64,000 bases of DNA, taken from positions 32,001-96,000 of IMG/VR virus record IMGVR_UViG_3300017917_002918. One strand, given 5' to 3'. The DNA is from a virus. The notes beneath the pieces were generated by a model that saw nothing but the letters and a program-made list of their open reading frames with translations, searched no databases and was not told where the DNA came from. The stretch's first letter is position 1. Every line of letters begins with the position of its first letter. Position numbers and translations under genes: made by a program. Below are positions 9,672 to 20,304 of the stretch, piece after piece.

Positions 9672-10175
9672 TTACTTGCCACTACTACCCAATGCACCTT
9701 CGCCACGCTCTGAACTAATTGATTTTAATTCTTCATAACCAAGCTCAATAATATCTACTTTGGGTACTGGCAGCAACAATCCTTGACATATTGCTTTGGT
9801 ATATGGATACACTATGTAATCTTGACTCAGCAACTCTAATACTGAGTCGTTAGTTTCTTTTGTTATGATTACAGTTTTATCATTACCATTGTATAAACAA
9901 AAGAATATTTCACCTCTGAAGTTAGAGTCTACGACACCTGCACCTCGCTTCATACTCTTGACTCCTGTGCTCCCCCTCTCCTCAAGCACAAAAACGTACT
10001 CATCTGAAAATGCAGAAGCTATTCCCGTTGGGACTAATCTCGATGTATGTGGTTCGATTACAAAGTGTTCTGAATCGAAACAAGCGTACAAATCGTATCC
10101 TGCATCCCCACTTCTCTTGGAAGGTATTGTTGCATTTGGGTGAACCTTTGCAAAACAAAGCATCGTGTTATTCAT
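9672..10175 (-). CDS. dut: Trimeric dUTPase
   Basis: DAGYDL, ERGSTG, GVVDSNFRGE, ERGEGALGSSG motifs. Confidence 0.95.
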   Translation of the reverse strand: MNNTMLCFAKVHPNATIPSKRSGDAGYDLYACFDSEHFVIEPHTSRLVPTGIASAFSDEYVFVLEERGSTGVKSMKRGAGVVDSNFRGEIFFCLYNGNDKTVIITKETNDSVLELLSQDYIVYPYTKAICQGLLLPVPKVDIIELGYEELKSISSERGEGALGSSGK

Positions 10176-10178
10176 AAA

Positions 10179-10376
10179 TTAATTTTCCTCGCTTTCTTGA
10201 GTTATGTACAGTTGACAGCAACAATACTGATTTTCTCTAAATTCTTTACAAGGGCATATATGGTCACGAGTCCATTGTGATTCAGGAATACATGGACACA
10301 TATTTCCTGTAATTTTAAGTCTTGCTCTGATAGCGTCTACTATCTCTTTGTCTGGATTTAAGATTGTTTTCTTCAT
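10179..10376 (-). CDS. Ferredoxin:thioredoxin reductase catalytic-subunit-like protein
   Basis: CPC...CPC...CCC-x-LY cysteine pattern. Confidence 0.75.
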   Translation of the reverse strand: MKKTILNPDKEIVDAIRARLKITGNMCPCIPESQWTRDHICPCKEFRENQYCCCQLYITQESEEN

Positions 10377-10471
10377 AAATTAATATTTACTTCCTCTCAT
10401 ATATTATTATAATTTAATTATGAGACGATGTCAATAGGTTTGAACATCGACTCATAATTATTAAATTTCTG

Positions 10472-10517
10472 GTAAAAGCATAATTTTATCTTAAAACTCA
10501 ATTCGTAAAACCGTTGG
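10472..10517 (+). repeat. Extended junction site: 18-bp core plus accessory motif
   Basis: GTAAAA-GCATAA-TTTTAT, 16 bp, TAAAACCGTTGG. Confidence 0.65.
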
Positions 10518-10529
10518 TATGACTGAATT

Positions 10530-13500
10530 CTATCGAACGGGACAACTACCCGAAGCACAAGATTCATTACCAATATCCAATTCCATTTCTTCAACTTCGT
10601 ATTTACTAATTAATGATGGTACAAACGGCTTCATGTCTGCTACACGCCTGTTGTATTCTTCCTCTGTGATTGCTTCGTAAGGAAGCAGTTGATAAAATGA
10701 ATCATCCAATGATATGAATGTTAGCCCAATTACAGTATCCCAGTTGTCATATACCCACTGAACAACACCATCCCATTCATCGTTTTTGACGGAAATAGTA
10801 TTTGATGCGTTATGCTCTACATAGTTTTCCATGAACATTTTATATGTCTCTAATTGTTCAATAGCCGAAACTGTATATTTAGTTCTTCCTTGTGGAGCTT
10901 TAACTGGGAACTCTATAACCTTTGTTTTACAAGTTTCTATGTCTTGACCAACTTCGGGGAATACTGGATATCCTAAATCTTCACAAACTTTGCATAAGGG
11001 ATCTATTGCATTGATCCTAACTCTCCTAATGTAGTATTGTGAGTGTGAAAAGTGTAATCCTGGTGATACAGTCGGCAGTAGGCTCAATGTACCTTCGGGT
11101 TTTAATGCCGTTGACAATAAAGGTTTATTCAATCCTAAGTCTTTGGCATATAATTCTCCTGCTTTTACTGCTATATCACGCAACTCACTTGCTAATTCCA
11201 TCTCGTCTTTTTTTGACATTTTAGTTGCATTTATCATATCTTGCCATCCAGTTAATGAACAACCTAAAAGTCTATCTCTAACCAATGTTTTATTCCATTT
11301 AGGCAGTTCAACCTCAACAGAAGCCATTCTATAACCTGCTCTAGCAGATAGTTTTTGTGCTTCATATAGTTTTTGATTGTCTAATATTCCATCCACTACA
11401 AACGCCATAACATTTACTGTTGTAAGGTTACAGAATTCTTTTGAATCTAAAATTATTTCACCACCTATATATTTCCAGTAACAATACTTTTCTGGTAATA
11501 TGTTGGACTATCGCATAGATTATATTAATTTCAATATAATCTCCCCATCACTTAGTCTCTCACGGTCATAAAGTGATTAATTCACACCAAGTAACATGAT
11601 TTACTTGTCGTTCCGCCCTGTCACCTTGTATTAGGTTTCCAAGTCAATCAGATGAGGTTTTAAATCCACATGGTTAAGGTCTATGGATTTGTTCCCTTTG
11701 CGTTCGGATTTCTTTTTAAAGCAGCTTCCATATTGAAAAAGTTACCTTCAGCACTATGTCTGATTGTCTCAAATCTCTTTCTTAATTCATCTAAATTAGG
11801 CTTTTCATAATATGTAACTGAGTTATTGCTCATCATTCTATGAACGATATCTGGATTAGCTGACCATATACCATTTTCATCCATAGTATATAAATTACTT
11901 TTTGCATTCATTACTTCTTTGTCTGTAGAATCAAATAAACACATTTGTGCGCTTCTTCTTGTACCACCAACCACTATACCCTCTGCTATTGAATTGGCAA
12001 TATCCATCGCATCTATTGGTTTAAGTTTTTTATATGATTTATTATTTTTGGTTAATACTTTGTGTATTTTATCAATAATTTTTAATAAAGCATCGTGCCC
12101 AGAACTTTGTCCTCCGAAGGTTTTTAGGCGTTCTCCAAATGGTCTAACACTATCATAATTCATAATAATGTTGTCAATTGTCTGGAAGTCGTTATCATAA
12201 AATACTTTTAAAAATATATCAATTGCTAATGACCACGCATTTTTACTATCCCCAACATTAATTTCTATAACATTACTTATAACCGTATAATCTGTAACTT
12301 CTTTTCTTTTATGTTTGGGTAATCCTCTATATGGTTGATGAATAAGTTGAACATTCCCTCGTACTTTTGGAAGTTGCGATACAAACTTATCTTCCACAGA
12401 AAACCCTACACCGCAACCCAACATTAATAAATAACATATGTCTTTATATGCTTCGAATTCGTCAATTACTAAAAAACTGCAATTGTGTGTATGTATGCCA
12501 GATGTTAATGTAAATGAATTAGTTTTAGACTCAATTATGCAATATGTTTTTTCAAAATCTCCATTATAATTAATTTCTTCTACTATCCAATCTCTTTTTT
12601 CTGGAATTGTTTCTTTTAACAAATCATTCCAATCATGAGGTATGTATTCTTTAAATATTGAAAACGTATACGGATTTTCATATTCTCCATAATTCGAATT
12701 TGTCCTCACCGATTCAGTAACTTCTGAAGTAGGCATGCCAATCATTTCAAACAATCCTCTTATGTATTTAACTTCTTCTTCTGTTCTTTGTGTAATTCTT
12801 ATACTAGAACCGACTCTGCCATCAGTAAGCAATAATCCATATAAAAATCCCTTAATATACTGAACATTCATTGAAGTATCAGGTAATTTCTTCCATGTAT
12901 TTGGCAATTGTCTAACCATAGTACCATCCACAGTCTTATCATACCAAGTGTCTTTTGAGTAAAAATATTTTAATAGTTCTTGTTTGTGACCAATTAGTTT
13001 TACTAAACAATAATCTCTTTCTTTTTCTAGATTACCGTCGCCATAAACAATCCCATGTTGAATCCCTATTGGACACATATCTATTTTAGTTTTACAGTAA
13101 GCAGTCCTCATTTTTAGAATACTTCCAATTTTTAAATCTTCTGTTTTAATTTCTATATAATGAGTATCTTTTGGAAATTTACGAACAAACCATATGTGAT
13201 TTTTCGTAGTTTTTATTATTTTGGTAGTTTTAGTACCTTTTCTTCTGAGTTTTATTTCTACAATTTCATCTTCATCAAAGTGCTTGACTTTGGCTTCACT
13301 CCATCCACAATTGCCATCTAATATACTTACTAGTTCTCCATCTTTACAGTCTTTGAATTGACGAATTCCACCTTTACTCAAGAACTCGGTGTCTCCCGTA
13401 AAGCAATTAAACTGAGAAGCTGGGTTTGCGTAAGAAGCTTTTGTGAAACCGCTCCAAAGCGATCTACCTGACAAAAATTGTTTCAAATTAAACATATTGT

Positions 13501-14035
13501 CAAACAATTCTTGAGCTTCTTCCTTCGTAACTCCATCTACTAATCCACAGTTAAACTCTACAGCTCGTCTACAAGTCTCCCACCAATATTCTCTTCTCTT
13601 TTGCTCTGGCAACCACCTAGAATATGTTCTATAATAAACAAATTCACCAAGTGGTGTCATTGGACTAGGTTTATGTTTGTATTGGCTTATAAACTCATCA
13701 TCTAACAATTTGTATTGTGATTCAGTATCTTTATTCTCTTCCCTATTTTGATTCCTGAACTCTCTAAACAATATGTATTTCTTTGCAACATCTTTTCTAT
13801 TGCTACCCATTAACTTCTCTTCAATCATGTCTTGAATCTGCTCAACTGTCTTGATTTCATCATTCTCTACAATTTCCTTCTTAATTGACTCTGCTATGCG
13901 TTTGGATAATTTCTCATCCACGCCATCAATCGTTTCACTCATTGCTTTATTGATCACATTCACAATTCTACTAAAATCAAAGTCAACTATTCTGCCGTCA
14001 CGCTTATGTACACTACTCAATACATTTCCCTCCAC
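10530..14035 (-). CDS. nrdJ: Class II (B12-dependent) ribonucleotide reductase with ATP cone; exons 14035-11683 and 11464-10530; contains an intein
   Basis: ATP cone (KRDGR...FD), GTRRSA; splicing restores TNP-C-GEI; KPEGTLSLL; C-terminal CASGSCPVR. Confidence 0.92.
11465..11682 (-). mobile_element. Group I intron (218 nt, no ORF) in nrdJ
   Basis: Exon ends AATCCAT and pairs with GTGGATT (P1, U.G); GAGACTA and TAGTCC P7 strands; terminal G; removal gives in-frame T|GT Cys. Confidence 0.92.
12482..13405 (-). mobile_element. Intein (308 aa) with LAGLIDADG-type endonuclease domain in NrdJ
   Basis: Starts CFTGDT, block B TKNH, GIVYGDG and GLLLTDG, ends THN followed by Cys+1. Confidence 0.92.
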
Positions 14036-14271
14036 ATAATCATAATTTAATTACAGTACATTTACTTCCCAATCATCATAATACAATAGTGTTTCAGCAA
14101 TCCATACGCCTTCTGCCATTTCATATGTAAATAAAAATGATTCAGAATCATATCTAGTAAGTATTCCCTTGTATGAAATACCTGCATTAGATTTAAACAC
14201 TATCAATGTTCCCTTTTTATCATGTCTCACAAAAAATATCCCCCTTTCAACAATTTTATTATTATAATTTA

Positions 14272-14299
14272 ATTATAACATAAATTATAAATTTGTCAA
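14272..14299 (-). promoter_or_regulatory. SigA-type promoter upstream of nrdJ operon
   Basis: TTGACA-16 bp-TATAAT with TGn; overlaps repeated motif. Confidence 0.75.
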
Positions 14300-14319
14300 G
14301 AGAGGGATAAAGTATGAAG

Positions 14320-16563
14320 TTATTTGGAGCGAAGTAATTCACCTAGAAATGTGTTTCGATTAAAATTGACTTTCTTTTTCAACGCTGTATTTATTGTTTT
14401 AACATCTCCAAAATGATAACATCTTATTCTAGCTCTAGTTTGTGCTACATACATTAAATTTGAGTTAAGCATAAATGTATGTGCTTTTGGTGTAACCATT
14501 ATAACTATTGGTATAGAGCTACCTTGACTTTTGTGTGTAGAAATAGAATATGCTAGTTTTAATTGTTCTGCTGATTTCTTATCATACTCAATTAATTTAC
14601 CATCAAACTCAATTATAATAGATTTGTTGTTGATGTCTTCGATTCTGCCTATTTCACCATTTGGTACAAAAGTAACATTATCTTCCTCAAAAGCTTCTTT
14701 GTTAGGTTCATATATTTTTGCTTTATAATTGTTTGATGTTTGAATAACTAAATCATTTTTGAAAAAGGTAATATCACCAATTGTCAAACCCTTACCAAAC
14801 ATTGATTTTGCATTTGCAACTCTTTGTAGATGATTGTTGATGTTTATAGTACCATACAAGCCTTTATTATAAGATGACAATACTAATATATCTTCTGCTT
14901 TTCTTCCCTCTTGTAGTAGCTTTTTATATAAATTTACAACCTTGTCAACTATAACTTCTTGTTCAGAAGGTATGAAAACGTAACCTTTGTCCTCGCCGAA
15001 CATTTCAACTTTACCTGTATCAGCTAAGAACTTCTTTGATAATCTAGTATTAGTAGCTACAGTCATTAACCCACCAATACCATATCTGAATATCTTACTT
15101 AATGTTGTAGTTGGTACTAAATTTGAATTCATTAAGTCATGTAAGCTATTTCCAGCCCCCACTGAAGGGATTTGTGCATTATCTCCAATAATTAATAATT
15201 TAGTTCTCTTAAAGTCAATAGCCTCTATTAACCTTTTCATTAAAAATACATCAACCATTGAGAATTCATCAACAACAACAACGTCTTGGTAAAATGGCAT
15301 TAATTCATTATGAGTCCAATCATCTGGAGGCATATACCCTAACCCTCTATGAATAGTTGATGCAGGAGCATTTGCATAACCTTGTAATGTCAATGATGCT
15401 TTTCCTGTTGGTGCTAACAATATTGATGTTTTATTATTATCTTTTAACATTTGCAAAATAGTTGTTGTGGTATATGACTTTCCTGAACCGCCTGGACCAT
15501 TTAATATACAAATATTGAATCTACACAACTTTTCTATCGCACTGAATTGTTCATCGGTTAAATCATTGTTTGAATATCTACTCAAGTCGATATTCCATAT
15601 AGCATTATCTTTTAATCCATCTTTAAGTCTATTTGCTATGTATAATTCGGTTTCATATGTTGATTTTAATGCAACAAACTTTTTACTATTATCAATATGA
15701 ATATGTTTATCATTTTTAACTATATCGACAAAGTGATTTACACAATCAGGAGTTAATTTATTACACGTAGATCTTAACTCTACTATATCCATTTTTGTAT
15801 GACCATTTTTCTCATTCTCAGATAAGCAAAACATTATACATGCCTTACATCTTTGTGCCGATGTTCGCAATTCGTATCCAAAGTCAATAATTGGTTCTAG
15901 ACCTTTTTGAATATTTTGTTTTGATTGTCTTTCTAATGTTAATAATATCGTATCTGCTTTTATAAATGCAACACCTGATAAACCACATAAGCACTTATAG
16001 GGATCATTTTTTAATTCATTCTTCAATTTCTTTAAAGAAGGATATTTTTTATATATTTTCTTCAAAATAGACACATCTAATAATCCTTGAAATTCTTGTA
16101 TTAACTCTACTAATGCGAAATTATCTATTATTTTATTTTTAATTACATTAAATATGTATTCCTTGATGTGTGGTGTTTTACTCAGATCAATATCATCTAA
16201 TCTATCATTTGTCACTCTATCTACGATATCAGGATATGCATTTAAGATTGAATCCACTTGTGTAGGAGTTAGTAATTCTGACAAAAACAGCCTACTATCG
16301 TCTAGTGTTTGGGGTCTATCTCTTTTTATATTTAAAATTTTATATTGTGCTCCATATGCTCCATTTTGAAGTTCTGCTTTAACATTGTACGATATGTCTA
16401 AACCAAGGTCATGTACATTACCAAGTATTGTAACATTATCATATTTATTTAATTTAATGTTTGGATATTTGGTGGAGTCGACAATTGCACCGTAAATCTT
16501 AAAGTTTTCTCTATTACATATGCACACTCGTGGTGTACATTCAAATTCCACTATTTCTGCCAT
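14320..16563 (-). CDS. recD2: RecD2-like SF1B helicase
   Basis: GPGGSGKS, LAPTGKA, VDEFSM, IGDNAQ, AYSISTHKSQG, YVAQTRA. Confidence 0.9.
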   Translation of the reverse strand: MAEIVEFECTPRVCICNRENFKIYGAIVDSTKYPNIKLNKYDNVTILGNVHDLGLDISYNVKAELQNGAYGAQYKILNIKRDRPQTLDDSRLFLSELLTPTQVDSILNAYPDIVDRVTNDRLDDIDLSKTPHIKEYIFNVIKNKIIDNFALVELIQEFQGLLDVSILKKIYKKYPSLKKLKNELKNDPYKCLCGLSGVAFIKADTILLTLERQSKQNIQKGLEPIIDFGYELRTSAQRCKACIMFCLSENEKNGHTKMDIVELRSTCNKLTPDCVNHFVDIVKNDKHIHIDNSKKFVALKSTYETELYIANRLKDGLKDNAIWNIDLSRYSNNDLTDEQFSAIEKLCRFNICILNGPGGSGKSYTTTTILQMLKDNNKTSILLAPTGKASLTLQGYANAPASTIHRGLGYMPPDDWTHNELMPFYQDVVVVDEFSMVDVFLMKRLIEAIDFKRTKLLIIGDNAQIPSVGAGNSLHDLMNSNLVPTTTLSKIFRYGIGGLMTVATNTRLSKKFLADTGKVEMFGEDKGYVFIPSEQEVIVDKVVNLYKKLLQEGRKAEDILVLSSYNKGLYGTININNHLQRVANAKSMFGKGLTIGDITFFKNDLVIQTSNNYKAKIYEPNKEAFEEDNVTFVPNGEIGRIEDINNKSIIIEFDGKLIEYDKKSAEQLKLAYSISTHKSQGSSIPIVIMVTPKAHTFMLNSNLMYVAQTRARIRCYHFGDVKTINTALKKKVNFNRNTFLGELLRSK

Positions 16564-16589
16564 AATTACCTCCAGTTTTTATAATTTAA

Positions 16590-19037
16590 TTAATACACTT
16601 CGTAACTGTGAAGTATATCTTCTAATTCTTCAGAAGTAGTCCACTTCCCATCAACCATGATACTTTTCTTTTTTTGTTTAAATTCTAATACTTTTAAGAT
16701 ACTGAATAATTTAAATGGGTTCTCCCTAAATATTCTACCATCTTTTATTTTACTCTTGATTATTTCCCCTGTTTTCACATGTAATAATTTAACTTGTGGT
16801 TTGGTTGTATCATTTGAAGTTTTAAATTCAATTACAATATAAAATTTGTTACCTGCTGCATCATTCGTATATGTAGTATAACCTAAGTATTCTAATTCAA
16901 GTTTTATTTGTTCTTTAATAGACAGTGGTTTATTTTCAATAGACTCTAAAATCTCTCTTATGTATGAATACATATCTAATTCTCTGTATTGTGTTTTTGT
17001 AAGTTTGTTACTATATTTAACCAGAACCTCTTCATTTATCTCTAATTTATCTATATCCTTAAAAGATATTTGTTTACGAGTTGCTAAATTATAAAACATA
17101 TCAATAGTTAATAGTAATTTTTTATTTTTACCAAACCTACTAAAATAGTTTAATATTGTAAGAATTTTTAGATGTTTAGATGTTATATCGGGAATGTAAA
17201 CTGCCGACTTTAAGAAATCAATAAAATCCACAAATTCTTCTTCTAGTAATTGTATCAACTTATCACGTATTTCATCACTTACAAATTTTATTTCACTCTG
17301 AAGTTTATGTTTCTTAATTTTTGTATTATCTAAAAATTCCTGTAATCGTTTATTTGCAATATCAATGTAATATTGTTTATCTAATTCATTTGATATGGAA
17401 CAATTTGTAACGTCATCATTATAAATAAAGCAACGTTTTGGCGTATTTGATATTTTTTCAATACGAGTAGATAAAACACCTTCATTATCGATAACATCTT
17501 TAACTTTAAATACACCACTTGCGTTTTCTACGTTAGACGCATAAACTCTTAGTACTTTTTCATCTATCTTATTTTCACCATATAAAGCGTGTTTATAGAG
17601 TCTAGAAATTTTTACAATCTTTTGAAACTTACGAAAATCATCACATTCATTAATTGTATCTTCTATAGGTTTATTAGTAATGAAATTATTTATGAGTGCT
17701 TCGTTTACAATGGGTAAATCATAATCTATTTCACTTAATTTTTTTACATATGCCCCTTTTGATTTATACTTACCCTTTTCATTTATTATAATATAATTAT
17801 TTACATCTTTTTGATATATTTTATTGAATACTTCCCATTCTAAATCTAATCTAGTTCTAGCTTCCCATTCTTTAGCAATATTTTTTATTTTGTCTATATC
17901 TTCTTCTTTTTCTACTTTTAAAAATAAACCATCTGTATTTGACTGAATTAAAGTGCAATAATGTTCTATTTTTTCTATCAAATCAAGTAATAACAATTGA
18001 CCTGCCACACATACATTATTAGCCATTAATGGATCGTATAGATTGTTATATTGGTCTTTCATTGCACCATATGTACTATTGAGAACAATTTTAAAAGGTA
18101 ATTGCATTGGATTCTTTTCTGCTTTTAGTTTTAACCTAGTATCTCTGATTTCTACATATCGTGAAGGATCTGCAACATTTCTACTAATATAACCATACTC
18201 AATCATGATTGCAGGATACAATGATGCCACATCCAGACATAGAATTATACCTTCGTCTGTGTAATTGGCTACAGCTCCATGGATACCTCCCCATGCAAAG
18301 ACATGTGGAACTCCTGCTACATCTGTAACTAAACTTTTTTTATAATTCATATTCAATGGGTTTTTATACCAATCGACTATGTACTTATATTTTTCACCAA
18401 TAACCAATGTATCAGGTATGGAGATATTAAATTCATCATTTCTTTCTGTTCGCAATGCTCCTAATACATAAGCAGATAATTGTGCTTTTGTTTTGTTGAA
18501 CATTTCCATAGGTAAATCAAAAGCTTTAATTAACGACAATTGACTATCAAATTCTTCTTTTCTTAAATTAAATACTTTAATGGTCTCTTCTACGTCATGT
18601 GTACAATATTCAAGCACTTCTTCAATTTCTAAGTCAGTTAATTTTCTATTGATATTGAAGGATACTGAGGATTCTTTAATTTTTGAACCCATGAATCCTT
18701 CTAGTTGTTTGAGACTATGAAAACCTGTAGAGATATCAAAATTATTCAATGGGAACTCATTTGATTTTTTAACAACTTGAGCACCCTTTTTATCATTAAT
18801 GATTATTTCATTATTTACAAAATAGGGATCTAAACCACATAAAATACCCTTCAATATGTATTGGTCATAGTTTCTAGAATTATAACCCACCCATATATCG
18901 TCAATGTGTGCTTTGTAAAATTCTAACAACTGTGATTCATTATTGATTATTACTGTTTTATTTTTAGTTTTAATATTAATAATAACTACCATCCAATCAT
19001 GTTTAAATACTTCAAAGTCGTATGCTAATAATTGCAT
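16590..19037 (-). CDS. Family B-type DNA polymerase with 3'-5' exonuclease and DnaE-like C-terminal extension
   Basis: YDFE, GYNSRNYD, YCTHD exo motifs; DVASLYP, KIVLNSTYG, NTDG polymerase motifs; about 240 extra aa at the C-terminus. Confidence 0.85.
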   Translation of the reverse strand: MQLLAYDFEVFKHDWMVVIINIKTKNKTVIINNESQLLEFYKAHIDDIWVGYNSRNYDQYILKGILCGLDPYFVNNEIIINDKKGAQVVKKSNEFPLNNFDISTGFHSLKQLEGFMGSKIKESSVSFNINRKLTDLEIEEVLEYCTHDVEETIKVFNLRKEEFDSQLSLIKAFDLPMEMFNKTKAQLSAYVLGALRTERNDEFNISIPDTLVIGEKYKYIVDWYKNPLNMNYKKSLVTDVAGVPHVFAWGGIHGAVANYTDEGIILCLDVASLYPAIMIEYGYISRNVADPSRYVEIRDTRLKLKAEKNPMQLPFKIVLNSTYGAMKDQYNNLYDPLMANNVCVAGQLLLLDLIEKIEHYCTLIQSNTDGLFLKVEKEEDIDKIKNIAKEWEARTRLDLEWEVFNKIYQKDVNNYIIINEKGKYKSKGAYVKKLSEIDYDLPIVNEALINNFITNKPIEDTINECDDFRKFQKIVKISRLYKHALYGENKIDEKVLRVYASNVENASGVFKVKDVIDNEGVLSTRIEKISNTPKRCFIYNDDVTNCSISNELDKQYYIDIANKRLQEFLDNTKIKKHKLQSEIKFVSDEIRDKLIQLLEEEFVDFIDFLKSAVYIPDITSKHLKILTILNYFSRFGKNKKLLLTIDMFYNLATRKQISFKDIDKLEINEEVLVKYSNKLTKTQYRELDMYSYIREILESIENKPLSIKEQIKLELEYLGYTTYTNDAAGNKFYIVIEFKTSNDTTKPQVKLLHVKTGEIIKSKIKDGRIFRENPFKLFSILKVLEFKQKKKSIMVDGKWTTSEELEDILHSYEVY

Positions 19038-19082
19038 AATTTATCTCTCCTCTCTCCTTTCATAATATAAAATCATAATTTA

Positions 19083-19110
19083 ATTATATCATACATCAAT
19101 ATATTGTCAA
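19083..19110 (-). promoter_or_regulatory. SigA-type promoter upstream of polymerase
   Basis: TTGACA-16 bp-TATAAT with TGn; overlaps repeated motif. Confidence 0.75.
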
Positions 19111-19154
19111 ACATACCAAGCGATCTCAGTTAATGACCACTCGGTATGCGATAT

Positions 19155-20279
19155 TTAGAGATCTAACATCCACGATAAATCCTCATCTTCTTTGCTATTA
19201 TTATTTTTATTAGCATTTATCTTGTCTAAATATTCTCCGTAAGGTTTATGTAATCGAGCAGAATAACCACTCAAATTAGCAAAGTAATATGAATTATAGT
19301 CACTCACTTCTTCCCACCATATTTTATCACTCTTTGTTTTAGCATATTCCACTTCTTTTCTATTTATTTCTGTAAGTGTTGATATTATATCTGATTTTAA
19401 AGTTTTAATTTCAATTTCATTGAATGGTATTTCAACATGGCAATCATCAAATATGTATTTAGCTTTTATATCATCTGGTAAAAATTCAATACTATTTGTT
19501 GATACTAACATATTCACATAATCTTCGATTTCTTGCTCAGTATATCGTTTTGTTTTCTTGAGCCACATTGTAACATTAGCTTTTAGCGAAGAACCTATTT
19601 CATTTCTCGCAATTTCCCTAGATGTAATTTTACCATTTGCTTGTTGTTGCTCAACTGTAACATACTTTAAAAAATTCCATCTAATTTTAATATTCTCTAA
19701 CGGGACTCCCAACTGTCGCAAGGCTTCGGCGTATAGTACGAGTTGCCCTTTTTCAGAATCGATCTTCTTACCTTTGTATATAGATGATGTTTTGAAGTCT
19801 GTTATAACAAATATATCACCTTCTCTATGTATACAATCTATATAACCTTGAAATAAGTATTCACCGATTTTAACAACTATAAATCTCTCTAAATCCACTT
19901 TTCTAGTCATAACATTATGGTGTCTAAAGAAATGTCGTATGCACTCTTCATATTTTTTGGCTATAACTGCATTTTTATCAGCGTTACTACGATCATATTT
20001 CAATTCAGCTAAATTAAACATATCTAATTCTGACTCATATTGTGATATCATATCTTCATATTTTATTTTATTAGTGTAAAATTCTTCCATTATATTATGG
20101 CAGGTGTTCCCACTAAACGAATAGATCGAATCATTTCTATCTTCCTGTATTTTTGCGACATATTTCAAATAATACTCATATTTTGATGTTTTATATGTAT
20201 GATAGCGTGACCATGACCAAATTTGATCGACCTTATATTTCTTTTTTATTTTCTCTAATTCTTCACTGGTTTTTCGCAT
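19155..20279 (-). CDS. PD-(D/E)XK exonuclease (RecB/AddB-like)
   Basis: WSWSR, GNTCH, GYIDC, ITDFKT, QLVLY. Confidence 0.85.
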   Translation of the reverse strand: MRKTSEELEKIKKKYKVDQIWSWSRYHTYKTSKYEYYLKYVAKIQEDRNDSIYSFSGNTCHNIMEEFYTNKIKYEDMISQYESELDMFNLAELKYDRSNADKNAVIAKKYEECIRHFFRHHNVMTRKVDLERFIVVKIGEYLFQGYIDCIHREGDIFVITDFKTSSIYKGKKIDSEKGQLVLYAEALRQLGVPLENIKIRWNFLKYVTVEQQQANGKITSREIARNEIGSSLKANVTMWLKKTKRYTEQEIEDYVNMLVSTNSIEFLPDDIKAKYIFDDCHVEIPFNEIEIKTLKSDIISTLTEINRKEVEYAKTKSDKIWWEEVSDYNSYYFANLSGYSARLHKPYGEYLDKINANKNNNSKEDEDLSWMLDL

Positions 20280-20304
20280 AAAATTATCCTTTCATATTCA
20301 TATT

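Noticed and set aside
10530-11408. Separate RNR subunit or frameshifted pseudogene
   Set aside because: It is exon 2 of nrdJ; removing the group I intron restores the frame and the TNPCGE motif.
19155-20279. Cas4 / CRISPR adaptation gene
   Set aside because: Lacks the four-Cys Fe-S pattern and sits in the replication operon; treated as a recombination exonuclease.
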